Part shown: piece by piece, positions 39,401-52,149 of the stretch
How positions within the stretch are numbered: position 1 is the first letter of the stretch
Layout: each line of letters opens with the position of its first letter
Program-made: the position numbers and the translations under genes
The notes under the pieces: generated by a model
What the model was told of the DNA's origin: nothing
What the model saw: only the letters and a program-made list of their open reading frames with translations
Databases searched by the model: none
Assembly: GCA_051294375.1 (NCBI GenBank)
Contig: CM119264.1
Span: 28,902,586 to 28,966,585, forward strand
Origin: Paraspadella gotoi
Taxonomy: Eukaryota > Animalia > Chaetognatha
Direction: 5' to 3'
DNA length: 64,000 bases

Positions 39401-40190
39401 GAGCAGCAGTATTGCAAGGAGGTGGCAGAGAGATATTGCGGAGAAAGGATTCGTTATATTTCCCTAACTTTTCCAGATTCCATTCATTCATCATTTCCTT
39501 TAGTATTTTTTTTGCTTGATGAATGAATATGTAGTCATAAATTTATTTTTTATTTATTATTTTTATTTTTATTATTTTTTATTCAGTACAGTTATATTGA
39601 CTTTTATCACTAAATGTTTTAACATAACGACGCCACCCGACGCCACCCGACGCCACCTGACGCCGCCCTACGCCCATCGTCTTTTTCGAGGTCGTCGTCA
39701 TCGTCGTCTTTGTAGCCGTCGTCTTTGTCATTATCTCCGTCGTCGTCGTCATCACCGTCGTCTTTGTCGTCGTCGTCTTTGTCGTCGTCGTCGACTGTCC
39801 AAATCCCATATTTCTCTTTGATCAAAAACTTTTTTTTATTTATTCGTTTTTCTTGTTTTATGACCGAAGAGAGAAAAACCGTCGCGAAAGGAGTAGAAAA
39901 GGAATAAAAACAAGACCACATTATGGACGTTTTGGGAGTAGAGTAGAAGAGATGAGAGAGATGAGAGTAGGGGAGGTAGAGAGTAGAGAGTATGTGAGAG
40001 AGTGTTTTGTTTTTGAGAGATGATGTAGTAAATTGTAGTAGAGTAATGATATAGAGAGAGAGAGTTGAAACGAAGAGAAAAAGAAGAAAGAAAAAATCGC
40101 AGAAAAGAAAATAAATGTAAGAAGAGATGAAGAAGTAATAGTAAAGAAAGTTAAATTAGGAAAGAAAGTAAGTAACGGAAAAAGAAAGAA

Positions 40191-40223
<33 letters not shown>

Positions 40224-41708
40224 AGGAAGGAAAGAAAAGTCAAGGAGCCAGGACGAGTAAGAAACTTCCAATACTTAACACGGTTTTTTGCCCTCTACCT
40301 TTTATTCAATCACTTTCACGATTTCCTATAAAAAAGAAGAGAGACCGAGAATGGCGGGAAGAGCAGGAAGCGGGGGTAAAAAAGGAGGACGGGCGGAAGT
40401 TGGTGGGTGAGGTGGGCAAAAGAAAATGGTGAAGGACCGGGGAGGTGAGGGAAGCGAGAAGGGGAGGTTGTAGAAGCGGGCAGAGGTGGCGGGCGGAGGC
40501 GGGAAGTGGCGGGCAAAAGAGGCGGGAGGAAGTTGGCAAAAGAGTCCGGAGACGCGGAACATCCGAGGAGGCGTTTCGAGTCTCGAGTGGATAAACTCTG
40601 AAGCGAATTTACATCCAAAGCTAAATTAGAATTTCGGTACATTAGCATCCGTCGAGAACTTCAGAGACCGCAAGCTCTGTCACTCGAGTACAAACGATAA
40701 TTTGAAAGCGAGTTTTCATCTCATATGGCTAGTGTCTACCCTTTGGTGAGCCATTGCTCTACGACCACTTTTGGGACTTTAAAACTTTTTGTAAAAAAGT
40801 AACTTCAGCCAGATTTGAACCTGAAACCTTTTCGTAACGTTGAAATCCGGCGCGCTAAGTAACCACTTCCATAAAAATAATCTAATGAATTAATAATAAT
40901 CTAATTTCAAAATATTGTACAACTTCAATAATAAAGAAGCTATTTAGACTCTGGGAGTGAATGAACTTGCCTGAAAGAAAGTCTTGATTGAGATAGCCAT
41001 AGCCGATGAAATTTAAATGCTAATGTATACAGCGTTAAAATAATCTATCATGACCATAGATTATGGCATTAAAATATTTTTTTTTCAAAAATGATTTCTT
41101 CTGAGGGTACTTGCCTAATTAAAAATATTATATTACTATATTGAGCCAAAAAAATTTTTTTTTAAATCTTAGAATTTTTTGATGGATTCTGATAGAGCAT
41201 AAAAAGTTAAACAAGAAATATAATTACAGCTTTTAAAAATTCTTACATTTTCTAAGTGAAAATATAAAAAAAACTGATAAAATCATCGAAAGATGATGAT
41301 GATGATGATTTTTTATGGTTTTTCTTATTTTTGACACACTTATTGTAAAAATATTTAAAAAAGAATTATACTTTGTGTAGACAACTTTTTATGAGCTATT
41401 TGAATGCTCGAATGGTCTTGCTATATTTTTATCTTGTAAGAGGGATGAAGGCCTGTCTAAAGGCAGAAGGCCAGAGAGCTAATCTATTGAATAAACGGAT
41501 AATTTTTTCTTGGTTGTATTAATAATTTAATTTCAATGATAAATAGTTTAGTTTGAATTGAAAAAAAAACACATAGTAACCACTATGCTACAACTAGAAA
41601 CTATGCTAATTTCAATTAGTGACTAGGGTGTCCATAGAGATTTCGATGGAGAAATCTTGAAGACATTGTTGCAACTGTTATCGCTTGTGTTCACAGTCTC
41701 TCTTTTTT

Positions 41709-41797
<89 letters not shown>

Positions 41798-41907
41798 GTG
41801 AGACCTATCGTCCACTCATCCTTCTCCCTCCTCCCCTCCTCTTATCCCTATCCTATTATTCTCCGCGGGTCGAATGATTGATTAAAACGCTCAGCATCAA
41901 AGCCAAA

Positions 41908-41968
<61 letters not shown>

Positions 41969-42703
41969 TCTCTCTCTCTTTCTCTCTCTTCAGCTCACGT
42001 GGGCGCAACTCTTTTTTCATCACGCTGTTTAATCATTTACATAAGAAAGTCAGTAAATGTTTTGATTTAGTTTTTATTGTTGTTTTTTTCTCTCGTTTTA
42101 TTGATTATCTCAGCGAATGGGAATCGTTGGCAAAAAGTGAGGAGAAGGATCTCTCTACAATTACTACAAATACAACTGTGCGCAATGTTATATGTACGTA
42201 TACATAGATAGCAAAACACCCAGTCACTTTAATTGATTTATCAAGAAACTGGGTGTTTGATAATACCTGCGTGGTCACGTGATAACCCGGTAATACAAGA
42301 ACACCTATGTAAAAGGCATAAGCCCATAGGAGTTAAAATAAAAACTGGGAGATATAAAAAAGCCCCCAAAAATATAAAAAAAGTATAAAAACAGTTGTGC
42401 TAAATATTAATACGAGCCACGCCCCACTACCCCCCACGTCTGCCGTCTAGTTTACTCTATTAATGTACCACTATTATTGTAGTATCAAAATAGAGCATTC
42501 TCGATACATGTACGAACACGTATGAACCTTAGATCGATTTAATTAACAGAAAAAACCCATTCGGTAAACTACTTGGAACCCTCAGAGGAGACCTTCGGAC
42601 ATGCACTGGAGCGGTTTTTAAATTTTTTCCAAAGCACGTTTTTGATTTAAAAAAAATAATTTTTTGAAGAAAATTTATTTTAAAAAAATTATTCGACAGA
42701 AAT

Positions 42704-42840
42704 GATGAAAAATTTTCATTTCATAATGGAGTTTCTATGTCATCTTTTTCATATAGAAACTGATGTCATATTATCTCAAAAATTTCCTGGGGTCTTTACT
42801 TTTTAAAGTCAACTCCATTAGGAAATGAAACTTTTTCATC
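42704..42840. mobile_element. Small MITE-like element or hairpin with 30-bp inverted arms
   Basis: 42704-42733 gatgaaaaattttcatttcataatggagtt matches the reverse complement of 42811-42840 at 28/30. Confidence 0.55.
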
Positions 42841-43625
42841 CTGATATTAAATGTGAATGAATGACGGGATTTGACAGAAATATCAGGAAATTAGATGAGT
42901 TCATTACAAAATAGGCATTTTAATTAAAAAGATTGAGTAAACAATATCGCGTCAGATCTGAAAAATTTTACTACTTAAGAAGCCAATGAATATCAAAATA
43001 AAGTGAATTACCAATATCAATATTTACATTTCTTGATTTTGTAGTTATTCTAATAATTTTTTATAACTTGCTAAATTGAAAGGCCAGTATGACATTTATC
43101 ATACATATAATATATAATTTGCATAAAGATTTTAATTATTTGGATAATGATTCAGTTTAGTCATATTGTTTAAAAACTTGATGTTCATAATATCATTTGA
43201 ATCTATATTATTTTGATTTTGACTTTTTTAAATATAAAAAATAATATTAATTTAAAATATAATTTAAACATAGCATTAACTTAAGAATTAAAATTTTGTA
43301 AAACCAAATTAATTTCAACTTTCAAAATATTCTAAATTATTTTTAATTCCATCTATTTTTATGAATGTTTTAAAATATATTTTTTATTTTATCTTAAAAT
43401 ATTATTTTTATGGATGTGGAGAGTTATGAAGTCGCCAATTGATCGTCGCGACTGTCACCATCCTTGTTCCTCGCATTTTTCTTCTTCCTTCGTTCCACTC
43501 GAAAATTATTTTGTCTCAGAAGAAAAACTCGAAAGACAAATGAGAGAAAACATCTCACTTTTTTATTTCATCTTTTTTTCTAATATATCTGGGCTCAATC
43601 GTTTTTTTTTATTGTAACATACACA

Positions 43626-43747
43626 ATGAGTTGTTTTGCTAGTATTGCATCTCTGGTCTTCGCCATCGGGCTACAAGTCTTGGACTTAGCATCTGACGTG
43701 AGAGTCTCACTTGATTTTATCACATCCACGAGCAGCGACTATTTCAG
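43626..43747 (+). CDS. XK-related gene, putative exon 1 (first TM helix)
   Basis: MSCFASIASLVFAIGLQVLDLASDVRVSLDFITSTSSDYF contains the DxxSD motif typical of XK TM1. Donor AG|gttcta is followed by an AT-rich intron. Confidence 0.6.
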
Positions 43748-43848
43748 GTTCTATATAATTAAATAATAATATATATTAAATAATAAATAAATAAATAATA
43801 TATAATAAATAAAATATATTAAATAATAATATATAAAAAAAATTACAG

Positions 43849-44036
43849 AAAGTTTGATTTGGAGTGTGACAACGATTTGATTTTATTAGTAAAAAACAGA
43901 CATGTTTCGGCTTTGCTTGCAAAGCCTTCATCAGCGTTAACATTTGTTGTCACACTCCAAATCAAACTTTCAGTAACTACTTCAAACAACGAAAAGAAAG
44001 GATTTATATTACTAAAAAAAATTACCATTAAATTAG
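43849..44036 (+). CDS. XK-related gene, putative exon 2 (phase 2-1)
   Basis: Acceptor aattacag; open frame in phase with exon 1; donor G|gttagg. Confidence 0.45.
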
Positions 44037-44154
44037 GTTAGGCTTCATTTTAACTTGAATAATATTTTCTAGATAGAAATGAGAGTAAACCCACAAAAGA
44101 ATATATTGACTTTCAACAAATAATTTTTTATTACGAATTATATTTAAATTTCAG

Positions 44155-46628
44155 CAAACATTTATCGTCTCTTCTAAAAGCTATTTTTAAAAAATCATTC
44201 CTATTTTCATGATCCTTGTCTGGATTTCTCCACGTGCAGAAAAATTGGTTGGGCAATCGTCGTCATCATAGTCACGCACTCTCTTTTCTCCGCTCTTCAC
44301 GGAACGATCTTCATTTGGAATTTCAAAGAGAATTTTCCTCGCCTCATGAAGAATCGTCGGTGGCAAAGCATGACGATTTTCATGCACGTCATCGGTCTAG
44401 GCTCCATTGTTGTCTCTACCGATTCCTTTTTAGACGAAAAAGAAATGGACGCATCGAGAAAAGACGGTTTCCAAAAATCGGCCACAACGCGGAACGACAG
44501 ACGAGTAGAACAAGACGCAACGAAAAAAAAAGTTAAGGAAGAACTACTTTTTCGACTTAACTTTATACAAGTTTTGCTCGAGTCTTTTCCTCAATTATTG
44601 ATACAAACCGCGGCTTCGGTTTTGTCTTGGACGAGCGAAACTGACAAAATTTGTTTGACTTTGTACCACGTTTCCAAGCTACCTTCTCACGACATGAATG
44701 GATTTCTTTTCGAAATGCAAAAAAACGGGTCATTGATCAATACCTATGAACATTGCACTTGTCCAGTCACTTCGTACGATTCTAAAATGTCCTGTAATTG
44801 GCCGATCGAAAATTATATGAATTTGATCTCAATGATTATGTCGAGCGTCAGCCTCGTCAAAGCCGCCATCGACTTTCGGAGTCGGAATATGAATTTCGCT
44901 TCTCGCAATTTTTTGCCACTGGAACATACATTTTTTTATGGGATTATTAGATTAAGCCAGGTTTGGGGCTTGTTGCAAGGAATGGTCCGAGTGACAACAT
45001 GTTTTCTTCTTATTTACACTCTTACAGCAAACTACTCTGTTTGCTTCATCTTTTTAACTCCTTTTGTTTTTTTTTCTATTTTCACTTGGTCTGAATTCAA
45101 AGAGATTTTTTATATGATGTTTAGACCAAGAAAATGTTTTATGAAAAAACAAAGCTTGTACCGCCAGTCGTCATGGTTTTATATGCAGTTACTCTTACAA
45201 AATTTTATTTGTTTGTGGATTTTCTCTGTGCTTTTTAACTTTAAAAAGTTACATAGATTGAATCATTCTTTATATTTTTTCGATAAACCGATCTTAAATA
45301 ATTTAAAAAGTGATATTTCACCAACAATTATTTTGTATACCGTTACTAATATCTTTGAGATTAGGAGTAAACTATCTAATCTCAATTCAAGTGAAAAAAT
45401 AAAATTATATACTAATCACAGGAAAGAATTCGATTTTTTATTTAACATCAAATACATAAAATGTTTGGAGACAAGTGGTTTGATGAGTAACAAGTGGAAA
45501 ACTTTGACCTATCAGGATTACCAAATTACCCAAGATTGCAAACAATTTAAAAGAATACCAAATTGTATACAAATACCAATTCGTTTGGGAAATTATATTA
45601 CTTTAAATTGTAATTATTTGTATCACTTTATATTATTGATTGCAGATCTTATAATGGGCACCATTTACGTCTGCATCTTACTAATCTGGAATAGAATTTT
45701 TAAAAAATGGTTATTGGGAGTTTTTTCTCTTTTTTTCCTAATAGTAATATTGTATAATAACTTTAGTTATTCAATTCGGCAAATTAATTTGATATCAATT
45801 TTCAAGCATAATCTCATACATGTTAATTTTAATCTTTTTATTTATAAAGCTCAAAGAGAGTTTGATACATCATTGATTTCCGACCCAACATTTAAAACTT
45901 TGGTATATTCAAAATTATGTCGCTTACAATGGAAATTATATCATAATAGATTATTCATCACAAATATTTCTTATGTGTTTCCTTCTGTTTTCATGATCCT
46001 AACATTAAGAAATATTAAAACTATATTTGAAAAAAAAGGGAAATTTTTCTGTGGGTTATTCTCGATTATTCTACCCATTTTTCTACTTTTTTACCTGAGG
46101 CAGATACAAGAGCAGTTAAAAAATGTCTGTAACCGTCAAGAAATTCAATATGGTGTCTACAATAGGATTTATTTATTTATTTACATTGAAGAAAATATAT
46201 ATGCTTTTATAGGCGTTGCAATTTTCCCATTTTCTTTTCTAGTTTCCATTTTGATTAAAGACTTAACTGATTTCAAGCTTGCTAATTTGAAAGTATGGCT
46301 TGCTTTATTTGCCAGTTCAGCATTATATCTGATATTTGAGAGATTAGTAAAATTTACCAACTTTTCAAATAGTCGAAATGGGACTATCTTATCTGAATTT
46401 AATTATTTATTTCCTATTCGTTCTATGACAATAAAACAACATGATACTTACGCCCCTATCTACAATATGTTCCATCCTCTCAAAAAATGTACCGTGTATT
46501 ACAACACAATCATTTTTATGCTTGACGAAAACTTAAAGAAAAATCCCAATCTTCAGTTATTTTTATTCATCTTTTTTCCCGCTCTTTTGCTGATAGCAAA
46601 TTACAACATTTCAGTGGAAAATTATTAG
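44155..46628 (+). CDS. XK-related (Xkr/CED-8-like scramblase family) multi-pass membrane protein, large terminal exon
   Basis: Frame open 44178-46628 (includes the 760-aa ORF). Motifs GWAIVVIIVTHSLFSALHG, IFMHVIGLGSIV, FIQVLLESFPQLLIQ (XK hallmark ESxPQLxxQ) and ISMIMSSVSLVKA, plus many hydrophobic helices. In-frame TAA at 44175-44177 if the tttcag acceptor ending at 44154 is used. Confidence 0.78.
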
Positions 46629-47470
46629 TTTCGACTGCAAATTCAAAGCTTTATTTTGTGCTTGCAAGATAAAGAAGACCATCAGATTATGCAATAAAAG
46701 TAGCTTAACTGTTACCGACAAAAAATTATTTGATCATAAACGTACTGTGTTGTTATTACAAGCAAGCCAGTCTTTAATATAATCTTAAAGGAATTTAGAA
46801 TTGAATATTCTATGGTAATAAAAATGTTATACTTTTTAATTAACTGCCGGTAAAATTTCTGCTTATACAATATAGTATTAGTTTATTTAAGTTTAAACCT
46901 TCCTTTATTAGAATTTCGTATTTAACATTTTTTTAGGAAAATTAATTTAATTCAATAGCTGAAAATACTATAACACTGTTATAGAGTTGCTCTGCGAGTA
47001 CTTGTTACCATGATCTACAATATCTTTTACAATTAAGGAATCTCAAGTGATTCATTTGCTTAATGTTTTTGGGTCTCTCTTTTTTTAATCTTTTTTTCAA
47101 TGATTTTTTTTTTTAGAAACAGTTTTTGTTTGAGACGAACAACGATTTTACCACTTATTCTCCTTTTCACATTTCACTCTTAACTAACCAGTTATAAGTT
47201 ATTAAACTTGTCGTCATTATCAATTCAATGTTTAGTTTACCTAAATTATTTATTCACCATATATCTTTGTTGTACAAATGTAATTTTTTTTTTCTCTCCA
47301 TTTCTTTCTCTTTCAACTTTTCACCTTCAAATTTAAACTATTTTCTTCTTCCCTATAATTACCTTCACCTGTCCTCATATCTGACCACTGTCCTTTTGAT
47401 TCTTTGTTGGAAGCTCTCTCTCTTTCTCTTCTTCTCTCTTCTCTCTCTCTCTCTCTCTCTCTCGTCTCTC

Positions 47471-47510
<40 letters not shown>

Positions 47511-48136
47511 ACTTAATGTCAGAGAAAAAAAATTCTTTGATTTTGAGGGTTTAATCTGAGAGCCGAAAATGTCTGACTAAAACCTGTCAAATAAAATCAT
47601 TGTTCGTCCCCAAAAAAACTGTTGTTTCTAAATACCAAAACGCAACGAAAAGAAAGGAAATTTGAACATAATTATTTTTTTTTAAAAAGGAGCTTTTTCG
47701 CGCAAAAGACACAAACGTCTCTTAGATTTTATTTAATTTTTTGAAAACCTATTTCTTTATTTTTTAAATTTTTTACCAACACGAGATCACCTGTCAAAAT
47801 CACTGACCACTATATTTAATTTTACCTTCTGAATATTGACCCATTTTTATCCAAATTTTCACGCTGTTAACCAGTTATCACTGTTCTTTCACACTGCTGA
47901 TTCTCCCCTTTAGCACCAACGCTGTCGGCATCAATTATTCCCCGCCTCTATTTTTTTTTCAGTCCTGAGAATAGAGTTGTCGACGCTCTTAATGGAAAGA
48001 GAAAGTAGAGACACAACCGATTATTTATGCATTGAGGTGAGATGAAGAGAAAGATTATAAAATGAAAAATGCAACCAAGTTTTTGAAAGTGAGAAAAACT
48101 TTTATTTTCGTCATTCCAAGACGAGGTTTGACGCAA

Positions 48137-48191
<55 letters not shown>

Positions 48192-48569
48192 AGAGACAAA
48201 GTTGATTAAATTTGATTCCTACAATAAATGATATGTGAAAATTTAACACGACAACAACAAAAAATAAAAGATCAATGTTTGTACATACGAAGATCCCGTT
48301 CTATTTTTATCTTTCCACATTGTTTCTTTACGTTATTGTCGTCATGTCATATCACGTCATGTTTTATCATGTCACATCATGTCATGTCATGATACGAGAA
48401 ATACACGTGATAAGGCTGTCACTGCGGCGCAACACATTTGAATTACGGTTCTTGTTATATCAGAAAACGGTACATTTTATCAAAATCTCATGTTTTCTAA
48501 GATAGAGAGAAAGAGAGAGAGCGAGAGGAGAGAGGAGAGAGAGAGAGAGAGAGAGGATGAGAGAGAGAA

Positions 48570-48606
<37 letters not shown>

Positions 48607-48853
48607 GACATAAAACAAGTGAAAAAGAGAGATGTAGTGTGATTGAGTAGAAGACGAGAAAAGAAGAGAAAAAGTAAAAAAGTGGAATTTTTAAAAAAAA
48701 GGAGGAAAAGAAAACATTAAATATGCATGAGAAGGAAGAGAAAGAAAAGAGAGAGAGAAAGAGAGAAAGAAAAGAGAGAGAAAAAGAAAAGAGTAAGAGA
48801 AAGAGATAAAGAAAAGAGAGAGAGAGAAAGAGAGAAAGAAAAGAGAGAGAGAA

Positions 48854-48904
<51 letters not shown>

Positions 48905-49288
48905 AAAAAAAGAGAGAAAAGGAGAAAGAAAAGAGAGAGAGAGAAAGAAAACAGAGAGAGAAAGTGAGAAAGAAAAGAGAGAGAGAAAAGAGAGAGAGAA
49001 AAGAGAGAGAGAAAGAGAGAGAGAAAAGAAAGAGAGAAAGAGAGAGAGAAAAGAAAGAGAGAGAGAATGAGAGAAAGAAAAGAGAGAGAGTGAGGAAGAA
49101 ATAGAACGCCAACAACCGTCAACACGCAAAAACAGGCAACAGGCAACATGGCCCCCACAAAAAAGTCCTCATCAATGTTTAATATTGTTTATAAATGTTT
49201 AAGCGTTCCTTGTTTTTCTTCATGTCGCGGAACCAATGAAAATTTTTTAGCGCCTCTTTAAAAAAAATATAGAGAGAGAGAGAGACGT

Positions 49289-49341
<53 letters not shown>

Positions 49342-49531
49342 TCCAAAAATCTGAGAGATTTCGTCTGTTTGTTTGTTTATTTTCTTGGTTATTTTGACTC
49401 CCGTTCGTCTTTCCTTCTCCGACTGATAAGTCGAGCCTCTCATAGTGACAGCTCGGGGCAAACACCATGCGAGAAAAGAGGGGCGTCGCCAGGCGCGGTC
49501 ACGAGCCGAGGAGCCATGAAGAGAGATCGAA

Positions 49532-49692
<161 letters not shown>

Positions 49693-51651
49693 AAGAGAAA
49701 TAGAGAGATCGAGAGAAAGAGAGAGAAAGAGAGAGAAAAAAGAGAATAGAGGGAAAAAGGGAAAAAATAAAAAAGAGATGGAAAGAAAGGAACCGGATTA
49801 GGCAAGCAGGCTAAAATGCAAGCTAGCAGTGAGGCAGGCAAGCAAGCATGAAGGAAAAACGGCGTTGTTTAATCGTACTTAGAATAGATGAAACATTGAA
49901 ACCTCTGATAACATTTCTTCATGATGACCGCCTGCCGACGCCGGCCTGATGCTGCCTGATCCCGAAAAATGCCGTCTGATGTCGCCTGCTCCTGAACCTA
50001 TGCTGCCTGATCCGGCAAAATACTGCCTGATGCCTCATGACGTCGCCCGACGCCACTCAACGGCGCCAGCCTCAGCAGAATGCTGCAGGACACCGCAGGA
50101 CGCCGCCCAACGCCGCCACCTTCTTCCTCGTATCCTGGTATCATCATCATCGTCGCCGCCGCCGCCGCCCCTGCCGCCGCTGCCGCCATCGTCGCCGTTT
50201 ATTGGATATGAATTATTGAATGATGGATGGTGGTTGGTTTTAAGTGGTTCTCCATTTAAGAAAATCCGATGAATCAGAAGCGGGAGGGAGAGAGAGACGT
50301 TTTGGCCCGTGGTTGTGGAGAGCAGGCGATGCAAAGGTGTGGTGTTCACCCTTCAGCCGTGGGTGTGGTGAAAGTCAGTGAGTGCGGTCTGGACGGAACG
50401 GATATATATGTGGAGTGGCCAGACTGTAATTCACTGATTGTAAATATATATTTATTTTGTAACTAACGTGCGATAAATTAATCTAACATCTTCTCAGTAC
50501 AAATAAAATTTATATAAAAAAATGTGAATATATTTCGATCCTAAATTAGAGGGAGTATTTGCGGCTTTATTGATGAAGGGCGGGAGAAAGCAGGAGGAGG
50601 AGGAGGAAGAGGAAGAGGAGGATGGAAGAGAAGTAAGAGAAGTTGAAGAAACAGAGGAAGAAAGAAAAGAGAGAAAAAGAGAAGGAAAAAAAGAGAAGAA
50701 AAAGAAAGATGAGAAAAAGAGAAGAAAAATTAAGAGAAGAAAAAGAAAGATGAAAAAAGAGAAGAAAAAGAAAGAGAAGAAAAAGAAAGATGAGAAAAAG
50801 AGAATAAAAAGAAAGAAAAGAAAAAGAAAGATGAGAAAAAGAGAATAAAAAGAAAGAGAAGATAAAGACGACGATAATGTTTGCTCTTGATCATACACGT
50901 TTGCCAAGTAGATCTCATGAAGCACGTCCTGAAGAGATGCTTAGAAATAGATTTGAGATTGCTACGTGGAAGCTCCTCTCTTGACTACCGGTTTTAAGTG
51001 AGATCACTTCTTCGTGAGATCTCTTCTTGATTAATCAATGTAAAGAGAAATCTGCTTTGAGCCGTTGGCTCTACTCTAACTCGTTCGCTTTACGCTTTTC
51101 GTGGGAAAAATTTCGGTTAGTAAGGAATTAAAAAAAAAATCATTACAATACATTTTATCATTTTTCGTCAATTTTTACAGACTTAGGATTTGCTAAGTTG
51201 CTAATGGCTAATTTTGATTTTCTTGTATTTTAAATTCAAACTTCTTAGTCTGAGAATAAAAAAAAGTCGATAAAAAAGGATGACGACGAAGAATACTATG
51301 GACGACGACGACGAAGACGACGACGACGACGAAAACAAGAAACCGACGATGCCCTTGATGACAAGAACGACGACGACGACGACGACATCGATTTTTCACA
51401 AGTCCTTCTACCCCCCCCTCCCTCTCTTTTTCTCCTTTTCGAATTCCCCAATTCTTTCGCCATAAAAAGACGAGAAAATGGAAAGAAAACAAACTTTCTC
51501 TCTTTTCATCTAAACTAAAAGAGAGAAAGAGAGGATAAAAAAAAAGAGAGGAAAGAGAGAAAAGAAAAGAGAAGAGAGAAAAGAAAAGAGTCGGGGGTCA
51601 AGAGGCGCCAACTGAGTTTTTTTGAAGACGAAGACGATTTGCGCGTCATCA

Positions 51652-51665
51652 GTCGTCATAGCAAC
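51652..51665. promoter_or_regulatory. RFX X-box motif
   Basis: GTCGTCATAGCAAC fits the GTHNYYATRRNAAC consensus. Confidence 0.45.
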
Positions 51666-52009
51666 GGCAGAAACGAAATTCTTTGTTGCCAGGAATCCCG
51701 GATGATCTTGACCTCGTTAAGGGGGAGGGGGGGAAGTATGTTCCGTTTTTAAAAAATATTAATTATACATTATATTTGTTTTACCAATGTTATTGGTCAT
51801 AAAGAGACTTGTTTGTACGAGTCGAAGAAATGGCTCTAATTTCTACTAAAATGAGCTCAGCATGCCTCTATGGTCCCGACATGTTGTGATATAACAATAT
51901 TACAATAAATCCTTTCCGTATGTAGCAGCGAATTATTCGCATCCGGGGCTGCGAGGGATTCGCCCTCCTTGGAGGATAATCAACGACTTCGCAACGGGGC
52001 GCGAAGTTC

Positions 52010-52022
52010 GTTGCTAGGCAAC
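52010..52022. promoter_or_regulatory. RFX X-box motif
   Basis: GTTGCTAGGCAAC, a near-palindromic RFX site in a CpG-richer patch. Confidence 0.5.
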
Positions 52023-52095
52023 CCGAAGAAATGAATTCCCGGAAAGAGGGTTGGCGGGGTTGTGAGTGGGTTGTGAAAGGAGGGAGGGAGGGAGG

Positions 52096-52149
<54 letters not shown>

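Noticed and set aside
44175-44177. Idea of a reassigned stop codon (alternative nuclear code)
   Set aside because: A single instance; the 2.4-kb ORF and all EPS8 exons contain no other in-frame TAA or TAG.
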